Below, piece after piece: positions 30,587-39,018 of a DNA stretch of 64,000 bases. Made by a program: the position numbers and the translations under genes. The number at the start of each line of letters is the position of its first letter. The first letter of the stretch is position 1. The stretch covers positions 1,186-65,185 of the forward strand of contig JBGTJP010000007.1 of NCBI GenBank assembly GCA_041745075.1, given 5' to 3'. The DNA comes from Pyrinomonadaceae bacterium. Lineage in GTDB: Bacteria > Acidobacteriota > Blastocatellia > Pyrinomonadales > Pyrinomonadaceae. The notes under the pieces were generated by a model, which had not been told where the DNA came from, ran no database searches, and worked only from the letters and a program-made list of their open reading frames with translations.

Positions 30587-31063
30587 ATGTCAGTAAACAG
30601 TGATGAATTCCGGTCGGCCTTATCCCGCTTCCCCAGCGGAGTTACGGTCGTAACGACCCGTGACGAGGACGGACGATACCATGGCATTACCGTGTCGGCA
30701 TTTTGCTCGCTCTCGCTTGACCCGCCGCGCGTATTGATCTGCGTCGAGAAAACGACCGGAAGCCATCTCGCCCTTGAAACGTCGCAGGCATTTATTGTGA
30801 ATATGCTCAGCGCCGATCAGCGTGAAATGTCCGAGCGATTTGCATCCACCCTCGAGGACAAATTCGAAGCCGTGGAGTTCGAAACCGGTATCGACGGCAT
30901 CCCGATGATTCTCGGCTGCCTCGCGACCCTGGAATGCCGGGTCACGAACGCCTACGACGGCGGCGACCATTCGATCTTTGTCGGCGAGGTCGAGCAAGCA
31001 ACGGTCAACGACGGCGACCCGATCGTTTATTTCAGAGGCGACTACCGGGCAATAACGGCGTAA
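30587..31063 (+). CDS. flavin reductase family protein (FMN-binding split barrel)
   Basis: 158 aa with the ...FPSGVTVVTT...GITVSAFCSLSLDPP... pattern of HpaC-like reductases. Confidence 0.85.
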   Translation: MSVNSDEFRSALSRFPSGVTVVTTRDEDGRYHGITVSAFCSLSLDPPRVLICVEKTTGSHLALETSQAFIVNMLSADQREMSERFASTLEDKFEAVEFETGIDGIPMILGCLATLECRVTNAYDGGDHSIFVGEVEQATVNDGDPIVYFRGDYRAITA

Positions 31064-31072
31064 AAATAACCT

Positions 31073-32062
31073 ATGAAAACAAAATTGACGTACATTGCGG
31101 TCGCTGTCCTGCTGTTGACCGGCCAGTCTTTTGCTCAAGGGCTGCACTGGTACAAAGGCAACACGCATACTCACACGCTGAACAGCGACGGGGATTCGAC
31201 GCCGGACGAGGTGGTGAAATGGTACCGCGAACACCGATACAATTTTCTCTTCATCACCGACCATGAATATTTGACCGACCCCGGGCCGTTGAACGCCGTG
31301 TTTGGAAAACCGGGTGGTTTTCTTTTGATCGGCGGGCAAGAGGTGACCGATTCGTTCGACAAGAAGCCATATCACACGAACGGCCTGGGCGTATCAAAGG
31401 TCGTGATGCCCAACAAACTGCCGGGAGCGGTCGAGACCCTTCAAAAGAATATCGACGATATTATCAAGGCGGGCGGGATCGCCCAGATAAATCATCCGAA
31501 TTTTGGATGGGCCCTGGATGCGGAAAAGCTTATCAAGCTGCAAAACTACACGCTGCTTGAGATCCACAACGGCCATCCGCTGGTCAACAATCTCGGCGGC
31601 GGAGGCTTCCCCAGCGCCGAGGCCTTATGGGACAGCGTTTTGACCAGCGGGAAACTTGTGTTCGGCGTGGCCGATGACGATTCGCACGGCTTCAAACCGT
31701 CCCGCGATGCCATCGTTGCTTTACCCGGCCAGGGCTGGATATACGTCCGTGCGGCCGAGCTGACACCCGATGCGATCATTGCGTCGATAAAGAAGGGAGA
31801 TTTCTACGCTTCGACCGGTGTGGAACTGTCCGATTATCAGGCAAATGCCCGGCAGATCACCGTAACGATAAAACAGACGAATTACAGCAAGTACCGCATC
31901 AAGTTCATCGGCAGCGGCGGCCGCGTCCTGACCGAAGCACTCGCCAGCCCCGCAACCTACACCATCAAGGGCAACGAAGGCTACGTCCGCGCAAAGATCT
32001 TCGAATCCAACGGAAAAATGGCCTGGACCCAGCCGGTTCTTGTTCCAAAAAGCGGGAATTAA
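31073..32062 (+). CDS. exported PHP-superfamily (CehA/McbA-like) metallohydrolase
   Basis: Signal peptide, then GNTHTHTLNSDGD...FITDHE...HPN...DDSHG metal-ligand pattern. Confidence 0.7.
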   Translation: MKTKLTYIAVAVLLLTGQSFAQGLHWYKGNTHTHTLNSDGDSTPDEVVKWYREHRYNFLFITDHEYLTDPGPLNAVFGKPGGFLLIGGQEVTDSFDKKPYHTNGLGVSKVVMPNKLPGAVETLQKNIDDIIKAGGIAQINHPNFGWALDAEKLIKLQNYTLLEIHNGHPLVNNLGGGGFPSAEALWDSVLTSGKLVFGVADDDSHGFKPSRDAIVALPGQGWIYVRAAELTPDAIIASIKKGDFYASTGVELSDYQANARQITVTIKQTNYSKYRIKFIGSGGRVLTEALASPATYTIKGNEGYVRAKIFESNGKMAWTQPVLVPKSGN

Positions 32063-32272
32063 GCTCTTGAGCCAGAGCCAAATGACGTTCCTTGTCGATC
32101 CGGCGTTCGCCCGCCGTTCAGGCCGCGTTCCGTCAATCGCCGGAACGTGCAACCCACTGAAACCATTTGGCTTACGCGTTCAAAAAGGCGAAATTCAGCC
32201 GATTTTGCAAAAAACTTTTTCGAAGCGCAGAACGCGAAATTCTCAAAGAACGGAGCGCTAAAAACCGAGGCG

Positions 32273-32298
32273 CAAGAACAAACAGGTGCCACACCTGT
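32273..32298 (-). terminator. probable terminator downstream of the helicase gene
   Basis: acaggtg-cca-cacctgt hairpin (32282-32298). On the minus strand it is followed by TTTGTTCTT. Confidence 0.45.
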
Positions 32299-32343
32299 CT
32301 TGAAACAGTGTAGCACAAATGGCGCGCTTGCGATCAATAAAAT

Positions 32344-34881
32344 CTAATCTCTCGCAACAACCGTGTCGTATAACCCGTAATGAGTTAAACCTTCATGCCT
32401 TCCGATCCCGGTATAGTGCAGCGAAGCATCCTCGTAACGACGGAAAGCAAAAACCGCCTGGTTCATTTGCTCGGTGTTGAACACCCTCAGACGAACGAGC
32501 AGTTGAAAATCCTTCACCGTCAGGCCGGTTACGGTGAGAAACAGGTCCGGTTCGATCTTGGTAATGACATCCTGGAGCGTGTTTTCACGGTAGTCGGTCA
32601 AGTACATGAATGCCGGAATGCGCGTGGCGAACTTGATCAGCTTTTCCTGAACCATCTTCCGCTTGGACTTGTATTCTTTTTCCTCGGCGGTCAGTTCCTT
32701 CTTTTCTTTATCGGTAAGGTCTTTCTTCTTGGCCTTGTTCTTAAGGTCCTTAACCCGTTCGCTCTTGTTGATGATCGTCTCGATGATGTTGTCGCCGAGC
32801 GCTCGCCAGCCTTCGATCCGTTCCACCGCGGCCATGGCTTCAGGGTCGTCGAAAACGCGTCTAAGGGTATCGTTATCGACGTTCACGAGCAGAGCACTTT
32901 CCCATTTCCTCGCAAGGAGCGTAGCCGACGTTCCGGCCATCGCGATATCGAGAATGCCGCCGGCGTCGATCTGCGTCATGTTCGCGCCGTCGTATGCAAG
33001 CACGGGCAGGAAGGATACGAGGTCTTTTACGGCGTTCTCGGGGTTCGGCTCGTTCGGGGAAAGGCCTATAGCGTAATCAGAAAGCTGTCGCAAGGCCCGC
33101 GTTGGGGCGAAGTCAAAGACAAAGCAGATCGGCTTTAGTATCTCTTCCTCGTTCGGATCGTCGCCGTTCGGATTTTTGATAGACCATGGCGATTGGACAC
33201 GGAACGCCGATTGAAAATAGGTTTCGGGCGATTTGAGGTTGCGAAGCATTAGAATGGACGACCACTGCAGGATAGTCACACCTGTCGTTAGCTTGCCGCA
33301 CGAGAGAGTTATGGTCTTCGTGTCGAATCCGCTCCCGATCGCCTTACGCACAGGCGGCAAAGCGTCCAAACCGATTCCCGCCGAGGCTCCGGCGGCAACT
33401 ATCACCTCATAGTCGCTCCAGAATGTGTTGTGCTTCTCCGCAAGGAGGTTCGCCATTGCGTGACAGGCCGCGACATTCGGCAGGAACCAGAATGAGTGCT
33501 GAAGATACGGCAGAAGACGAACGTCCGAATATGGAAACGGCGGACGCGTTCCGGTCTTCAGAAACTCGACCGCCTTCGGCATATATCCGCCGCGAATGAT
33601 GTCCAGCCACTTTTGAACGTCGCTCTTGTGCTTGAACTGAGCCAAAAAATCCCGGCCCGATGCTTCGAAAAATGCGTTAAGGTCAAACTCGTCAAATTCG
33701 CCCGCACTCGCGATAGCCAGCAGTTCGTCCGGCATCTGATAGGTCAAAAGCCGCATCTGCGGCAACGCTCCGTAAGGATTACGTTTGTCGGGATGTTGGT
33801 CTGCAAATTCTTCCTTTGCTCGCTGTTCGTCGGTGTAAGTCCAGTTGAATATCTGTTCCTCGATAAACTCGCCGGTGGAGAGCGCTCTGAAAGGCGTGCC
33901 CGAAAGATATAGATATGCCTTGGTCGTGATCGGCAGGAACTCAGCTTCTTTCTCCGAAAGCTCGCCGAGATCTACGTTAACGTCCGCAAGATCGCCGCCG
34001 TATTCGAGCTTGGCTTCTTTCTTTGCGACCGATTCTTCTTCGCCCTCGAATAGTTCCTTCGCCGTCTCTCTCCACGCGCCGAAATGGTATTCGTCGAAAA
34101 CCACGAGGTCCCAATTTACAGCATGAAGCCATTCGTTCTTCGGCTTGATGTTGCCGAACAGGTCCCGGCCGAGCAAGTCTTGAAAGGAACCAAAATAGAC
34201 GACGGGTTTCGAAGCCTTGATCTTCGTCGGGTCGCTGCCGGAGCTTTTCGAAAGGTATTGCCACCCGTCGAAATCCACGTGCGATTCCAGATCGGTCCGC
34301 CACGCATCTTCGACGGCTGGTTTGAACGTGACTACCAGAACGCGTTTGGCACCGAGCTTCTTAGCTAGCTGATATGCCGTGAACGTCTTCCCAAAACGCA
34401 TCTTCGCATTCCACAGAAAACGCGGAACGGCGTGCATATCTTCCTTCCAGATCGAATGAAAGTAAGCGTGTGTTTTTCTCACGGCCTCAACCTGTTCGGA
34501 GCGCATCGGGAAAGTTTCGTGATGCGTGCCTGTGAACCGCTGGCCGGTACGAAGTTCGGTAAGAACGGTCTTCACGTCATCGACGGTACACCGCACCCAT
34601 TCCAGTTCCGGGTTTTCGAATTTCTTGGCTTTGAGGGCAGCTCGAACGGCGTGGTCGGAGATGATCGAACCGTCATCGCACTCGGCAGATTCGTTGAGTT
34701 CGATCTTGAAATTCTTGATCGCGGCGGTCTTCAACTGCTCCCCGATCCGCTGCTTCACGTCCCGCGTTGTTTGCCCCACCTTGAGAAGCCCTTTATGAGC
34801 CTCATCCGCGATCGAGTAAGCATAGATCCGCGGCCGAGCCTCGGGTTTTGGAGAGAGGATTTCTTCGATGGTCTTACTCAT
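32344..34881 (-). CDS. T5orf172/GIY-YIG-like N-terminal domain fused to SF2 (Type III Res-like) helicase
   Basis: The N-terminus has RIYAYS...GLLKVGQTTRDVKQRIGEQL...ELEWV (T5orf172-like). Helicase motifs follow: MRFGKT (I), VVFDEYH (II), LSGTPF (III) and QSAFRVQ (VI-like). The ATG at 34881 overlaps the stop of the upstream methylase by 8 nt. The track uses a TTG at 34887. Confidence 0.85.
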   Translation of the reverse strand: MSKTIEEILSPKPEARPRIYAYSIADEAHKGLLKVGQTTRDVKQRIGEQLKTAAIKNFKIELNESAECDDGSIISDHAVRAALKAKKFENPELEWVRCTVDDVKTVLTELRTGQRFTGTHHETFPMRSEQVEAVRKTHAYFHSIWKEDMHAVPRFLWNAKMRFGKTFTAYQLAKKLGAKRVLVVTFKPAVEDAWRTDLESHVDFDGWQYLSKSSGSDPTKIKASKPVVYFGSFQDLLGRDLFGNIKPKNEWLHAVNWDLVVFDEYHFGAWRETAKELFEGEEESVAKKEAKLEYGGDLADVNVDLGELSEKEAEFLPITTKAYLYLSGTPFRALSTGEFIEEQIFNWTYTDEQRAKEEFADQHPDKRNPYGALPQMRLLTYQMPDELLAIASAGEFDEFDLNAFFEASGRDFLAQFKHKSDVQKWLDIIRGGYMPKAVEFLKTGTRPPFPYSDVRLLPYLQHSFWFLPNVAACHAMANLLAEKHNTFWSDYEVIVAAGASAGIGLDALPPVRKAIGSGFDTKTITLSCGKLTTGVTILQWSSILMLRNLKSPETYFQSAFRVQSPWSIKNPNGDDPNEEEILKPICFVFDFAPTRALRQLSDYAIGLSPNEPNPENAVKDLVSFLPVLAYDGANMTQIDAGGILDIAMAGTSATLLARKWESALLVNVDNDTLRRVFDDPEAMAAVERIEGWRALGDNIIETIINKSERVKDLKNKAKKKDLTDKEKKELTAEEKEYKSKRKMVQEKLIKFATRIPAFMYLTDYRENTLQDVITKIEPDLFLTVTGLTVKDFQLLVRLRVFNTEQMNQAVFAFRRYEDASLHYTGIGRHEGLTHYGLYDTVVARD

Positions 34882-36475
34882 CTTCAACCGTCGTACCGAG
34901 CTCCATTGGCTTGATTAAAGACTCGATGTAGTCAACTTGCTCTTGTGAAAGACCATACTTCTTGTAGAGCTCCTCATCGGTCCATTCGCGATCCCAGGTC
35001 TGAACGGGCACCCATGTATAGACTGATCGGCTGGCATGCTGCCCGATCTTCCGTAGCCAAAGAAGAAAACGAAATAACCTCGTCGAATAATAGGAGGCCG
35101 CGCTTTTCGCCTGCTGCTCCGAATCGAAACCTCCAATCACCATGAACGTCTGCGTACATACCGCTCCGGGACCGACTACCATTGGGGCTCCGACAATTCG
35201 GTTCGGGAATCTCTCTGCAATCCTGTATGCCTCAGATACCAAAAGCTTCCATACATCAACCAAGTCCTTTCCCCGTGTCACTTGTGACCTATCTACATAA
35301 GCTGTCTTTCGGACTGCCATTCGCCCACCCGCGTTGTAATGAAGAATCAAGTCTCCCGGTACAAACGATTCCCGGAAGTCTGAGAATGTACTTGGAAGCC
35401 CAAAGGGCGCATGTCGGCTGGCTAGGGCGGACATCGAGGTCTCGCCTACGGCTAACACCCTCTCAAGGATAGACACGGCTTCGGCATCTCGTACAAAGAC
35501 ATCATAGGCATTGAGATCACGGTCCACAGTCCTCTCAACGCCTCCGCGAATAGTTGTCACTTCGCACGAGTCGTTATGGTTCGCGTCCCAGAGGAAATAT
35601 GAAATCCCGCCACCAACGTCTACACCCGGAAATACTTCGGAGGAGATCGGGTAATCAACAATCGCGCGAAGGCGCTTGTCTGCAAGCATTTCAGCACGAT
35701 AGTCGTCCAGGCGATTCCCGCCCGCGAACCAACGTGATGGAGTAACCATCGCGAGAAAGCGGGGTTCAAGAGCTTTTGCTCTTCGCACGAACTCCTGATA
35801 GATCGGAACCGCTCCAGCCGCTCCATCGCCTAGCTGATAGGGTGGATTCCCAACAATTACGTCGAACTGCATTTCGCCTCCAAATATCTCATTTACTCTT
35901 GTCTTGATGTCGTCCGTGTGGAGGACCGCATAGGCATGGGTTTCCATGTTATCGCCCCGATCATAGGTCGTTTGGCTGCTGCCGCAGTATTCGCACCTTC
36001 CGCCCTTCCACGTGTGCTCCAGCCTTTCGAACCAGATGTGACCTCCGGCATCCGAAAATCCCGCGACAATCGAATGCTCGCCGTTGGCGTGCTTCGAGCA
36101 ATACACGCTTCGCCGGGCGAGCAGGCTGGTGAGATGGGTGATGGCGATGCCGAAAACCTGTTTTGTCAGGATGTGATCTACGCGCGTTTGCAGGTCGGGC
36201 ATCTCTTTCGCCAGGCCGCCCGTGAGGCGGCTGGTTATCTCGCGAAGGAAAACGCCCGATTTTGTACACGGGTCGAGGAACCGGACCGAACTATCCGCCC
36301 ACAGGTCCGCCCCGTCATTGTCCGCCGCCCACGCCTCAGCCAATGTATCCAGCATTCGGTTCGCCAGCTCCGGCGGCGTGAATACCTCGTCGTTCGACAG
36401 GTTCGCGATGCACGTCAGCACATCCGGGTTCCGCCCCCGCAATGAAAAACCAGCCTGTTCGTTCATAGCTTCCAT
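34874..36475 (-). CDS. Eco57I-like gamma-class N6-adenine DNA methyltransferase
   Basis: Motif X NDEVFTPPELANRML, motif I RFLDPCTKSGVFL, and motif IV DVIVGNPPYQ (NPPY at 35837-35848). It also has a CEYCG zinc-ribbon-like insert and a long C-terminal putative target-recognition region. Confidence 0.9.
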   Translation of the reverse strand: MEAMNEQAGFSLRGRNPDVLTCIANLSNDEVFTPPELANRMLDTLAEAWAADNDGADLWADSSVRFLDPCTKSGVFLREITSRLTGGLAKEMPDLQTRVDHILTKQVFGIAITHLTSLLARRSVYCSKHANGEHSIVAGFSDAGGHIWFERLEHTWKGGRCEYCGSSQTTYDRGDNMETHAYAVLHTDDIKTRVNEIFGGEMQFDVIVGNPPYQLGDGAAGAVPIYQEFVRRAKALEPRFLAMVTPSRWFAGGNRLDDYRAEMLADKRLRAIVDYPISSEVFPGVDVGGGISYFLWDANHNDSCEVTTIRGGVERTVDRDLNAYDVFVRDAEAVSILERVLAVGETSMSALASRHAPFGLPSTFSDFRESFVPGDLILHYNAGGRMAVRKTAYVDRSQVTRGKDLVDVWKLLVSEAYRIAERFPNRIVGAPMVVGPGAVCTQTFMVIGGFDSEQQAKSAASYYSTRLFRFLLWLRKIGQHASRSVYTWVPVQTWDREWTDEELYKKYGLSQEQVDYIESLIKPMELGTTVEDE

Positions 36476-36484
36476 TCTTCTCTT

Positions 36485-36761
36485 GCGGCTCCGCCGCTCT
36501 ATTTGCGGTGAAGCTGTGCTTCACCGATTGGCCTAACCTGATATTCGCGGCTATGCCGCCGCCCTTTGCCGACAAGCGGCGGCACAGCCGCAAGTCTTTT
36601 CAACCAGCGAACGGAAAAGCAAAGCTTTTCCGCAAATAGATGGGCAAAGCCCACGGAAGACGTTGTCAAGATTTCCAGATCGTCGCGTAGCGACGACTGA
36701 ATCAAACGTCGCTACGCGACGTGAACATTGCTCGAACATCACCGTGGGTTGAAACCCACGG
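36485..36761. repeat. cluster of seven stem-loops filling the intergenic spacer
   Basis: The hairpins are: 36485-97 (gcggc/gccgc); 36506-26 (cggtgaagc-tgt-gcttcaccg); 36554-84 (tgccgccgc...gcggcggca); 36612-32 (cggaaaagc-aaa-gcttttccg); 36641-53 (tgggc-aaa-gccca); 36681-721 (perfect 15-bp arms cgtcgcgtagcgacg / cgtcgctacgcgacg, each arm itself palindromic); and 36742-61 (ccgtgggt-tgaa-acccacgg). Confidence 0.7.
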
Positions 36762-36767
36762 CTACAA

Positions 36768-37409
36768 TCATTCGACCGCTACGCGGTCAGCGGCAAGTTC
36801 GCTCACCGTCATCGCCGGATAAGTCTTGGTTGGCGAGAATATCTCGTGCTTTTCTACATTCGCCCAGAGTGAACCTTCGGCACTGAAGGCTGCCGATTGC
36901 GTGAGGCTGGCGAGAAGAAAGTCGCGCCTTTGAAACTTGCCCTTGCCGAGATAGCCCCACTCAGCGAACGTTAGCGGTTGACCCTCGTCAGTCAACATCT
37001 TCATCGCATCGCCGTGAACGAGATTTTGCGAGAGCACATAGAAAGCTGCCCGATACAGGTCGTCCGTCTCGCCGATATTCAGGTATCCGGCAAATATTTC
37101 AAGGAGATTCGCCCGGCATTCGGCGATGTTGTCAGGCAGAAGCTCAATGCCGTAAATGCACATCAGCCCGAGCAGGGCATAATGTCGCTTTTCAAAGTCC
37201 GACCTTCCATACTTGAGCTCAACTGCCAAAATCTTTCGCTTTAAGATCTGAACGAGGAAGTTGCCGCTTCCGCACGCAGGCTCCAGAAAGCGCGAATCTA
37301 TCCGCTCGGTCTCGTCCTTCACGAGATCAAGCATCGCCTCGACCATCCACGCGGGCGTAAATACCTCTCCATGGTCGGCGACACGTTGTGCTGATTTTAC
37401 AAGTGACAT
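36768..37409 (-). CDS. DNA-methyltransferase-like protein lacking the catalytic NPPY motif (truncated paralog or non-catalytic SAM-binding protein)
   Basis: 213 aa with motif X HGEVFTPAWMVEAML, motif I RFLEPACGSGNFLV, and IELLPDNI...VHGDAM (motifs II/III). No (N/D)PP(Y/F) follows, and the last 90 aa or so are unrelated to any methylase core I recognise. Confidence 0.65.
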   Translation of the reverse strand: MSLVKSAQRVADHGEVFTPAWMVEAMLDLVKDETERIDSRFLEPACGSGNFLVQILKRKILAVELKYGRSDFEKRHYALLGLMCIYGIELLPDNIAECRANLLEIFAGYLNIGETDDLYRAAFYVLSQNLVHGDAMKMLTDEGQPLTFAEWGYLGKGKFQRRDFLLASLTQSAAFSAEGSLWANVEKHEIFSPTKTYPAMTVSELAADRVAVE

Positions 37410-37504
37410 GGGAAATCTGGAGGAAGTATAACTCGATTTCGCTCGTCACGACAATTGATGTGATGGGCGTGGCGGGCGCCTGCTTAAACTTCAATTCGGG
37501 CGGC

Positions 37505-38389
37505 TTAGGGATCGAGGATATTGTTGAGGTCGGCTTCGTTTAGGTGATAGGTTTCGTTGCAGAAGCCGCAGGTCATGGCGGCGCCTTTGTCTTCGATGAG
37601 CATTGACTTGACCTCGGGCTTTCCGAGCGATGAGATCAGCGTCACGGCTTTTTCCATCGAGCAGTTACAGCGAAACTCGGCAGCGGTTTCTTCGAGCACT
37701 TCAAAATCGACTTCGCCGAGCGCGATGCGAAGCAGGTCCTCCGGCCCGGCCCCCTCTTCTATCGAAGCGGTCACATGCGGGGCGTGTCTGATCGTGTCTT
37801 CGATCATCGTTATGATGTGCTCATTAGCACCGGGCAGCATCTGCACCAGCACACCGCCCGATGCCGCTACGAACGGCTCGGTACTTTTCAGAAGTACGCC
37901 AAGCAGGACGGCGGACGGGATCTGTTCCGATTTCGCAAGATAATAAGCAAAATCTTCGGCGATCTCGCCCGACACGATCGGGACGGAACCAACATAAGGA
38001 TCTTTGTGCATTCCGATATCGAAACCGGATTCGCGGATCACATAAAAAGTTCCTTTTCCGACAACGCCGCCGACATCGAACTTGCCGTTACTCGCCGGCG
38101 GCAGTTCGGCCTCCGGATTGCGGACATATCCGCGGACGGTGCCGTTGCCCGTTGTCTCGGCAATGACGCCGCCGATCGGGCCTTCGGAGTCGATCTTGAC
38201 CGTCAGCCGGTCATAATCCTTAAAGGTCGAACCAAGAAGCAGCGTGCCTGTCAAAACCCGGCCGAACGCCGCCGAAGCTGTAGGTGAAGTTTCATGCCGA
38301 CGCACCGCCTCGCGTAAAACACCTGTTGTGATAGCGGCCGAAACGCGGATGGTGCCGTTCGCCGCCGTGCCCCTTATGATCTTATCCAT
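37505..38389 (-). CDS. hslO: redox-regulated chaperone Hsp33
   Basis: C-terminal zinc/redox switch CNCSMEK...CGFCNETY. Start taken at MDKIIRGTAANG; the track offers an upstream start at 38416. Confidence 0.88.
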   Translation of the reverse strand: MDKIIRGTAANGTIRVSAAITTGVLREAVRRHETSPTASAAFGRVLTGTLLLGSTFKDYDRLTVKIDSEGPIGGVIAETTGNGTVRGYVRNPEAELPPASNGKFDVGGVVGKGTFYVIRESGFDIGMHKDPYVGSVPIVSGEIAEDFAYYLAKSEQIPSAVLLGVLLKSTEPFVAASGGVLVQMLPGANEHIITMIEDTIRHAPHVTASIEEGAGPEDLLRIALGEVDFEVLEETAAEFRCNCSMEKAVTLISSLGKPEVKSMLIEDKGAAMTCGFCNETYHLNEADLNNILDP

Positions 38390-38526
38390 CTGCTCTAGTT
38401 TTCGGAATCGGCGCACTCGTTGTCAAACCCGTTCGTGCCCCAAACCAAATAGCTATTGCGTTGGTGCGGTCAATCTCGCTAAAATGGATATGGAAACAAC
38501 GGACCTTTTTGTTTTCCCCCAGCCTA

Positions 38527-38982
38527 ATGCCGATCGAACAAAGAAAACATACGAGATTCTCCCTGGAGATCCCAGCCGTCATATTCACAAAATATGGCGA
38601 GCGGCAAAAGACGACCCTTGACCAGATCAGCATCGGCGGCTGCTTTACCGGCTGGGAGGAGAATATTTATGCCGGTGACGAATTCAGGATCGAGATCCAA
38701 CTGCCAAACAAAAACTGGCTGCCGCTTGCGTCAAAGGCCGTTTACCGCTTTGAAAATACGGGCGTGGGCGTCAAGTTTGTTGACATCACCCAATTCGAGC
38801 AGATGCTTGTATCGGAAATAATCGCCGAAAAGCTAAAGGCCGAAGGTTTACCCGTCGATGTAGATCCTTTTTCGCAGCCGTCTCGCGTATCGCTTGATAA
38901 ACCGCAGCCCAGTATTACCGATGAACGAAAGGACCGGGAAGAGATGCTCGAAAAGATAATGTCGGGCGACGAGAGTGTCTAA
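38527..38982 (+). CDS. PilZ-domain protein
   Basis: QRKHTRF (RxxxR-like) and DQISIGG (D/NxSxxG) c-di-GMP-binding signatures. Start at the ATG at 38527. Confidence 0.72.
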   Translation: MPIEQRKHTRFSLEIPAVIFTKYGERQKTTLDQISIGGCFTGWEENIYAGDEFRIEIQLPNKNWLPLASKAVYRFENTGVGVKFVDITQFEQMLVSEIIAEKLKAEGLPVDVDPFSQPSRVSLDKPQPSITDERKDREEMLEKIMSGDESV

Positions 38983-39018
38983 TTTTCGGCTGTTCATCAG
39001 GCCTCTTGGCCCTGGCGG

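Noticed and set aside
30620-31375. 251-aa minus-strand ORF
   Set aside because: It is antisense to the flavin reductase and PHP hydrolase genes, both of which carry clear family motifs. Its composition is Arg-rich, as in shadow ORFs.
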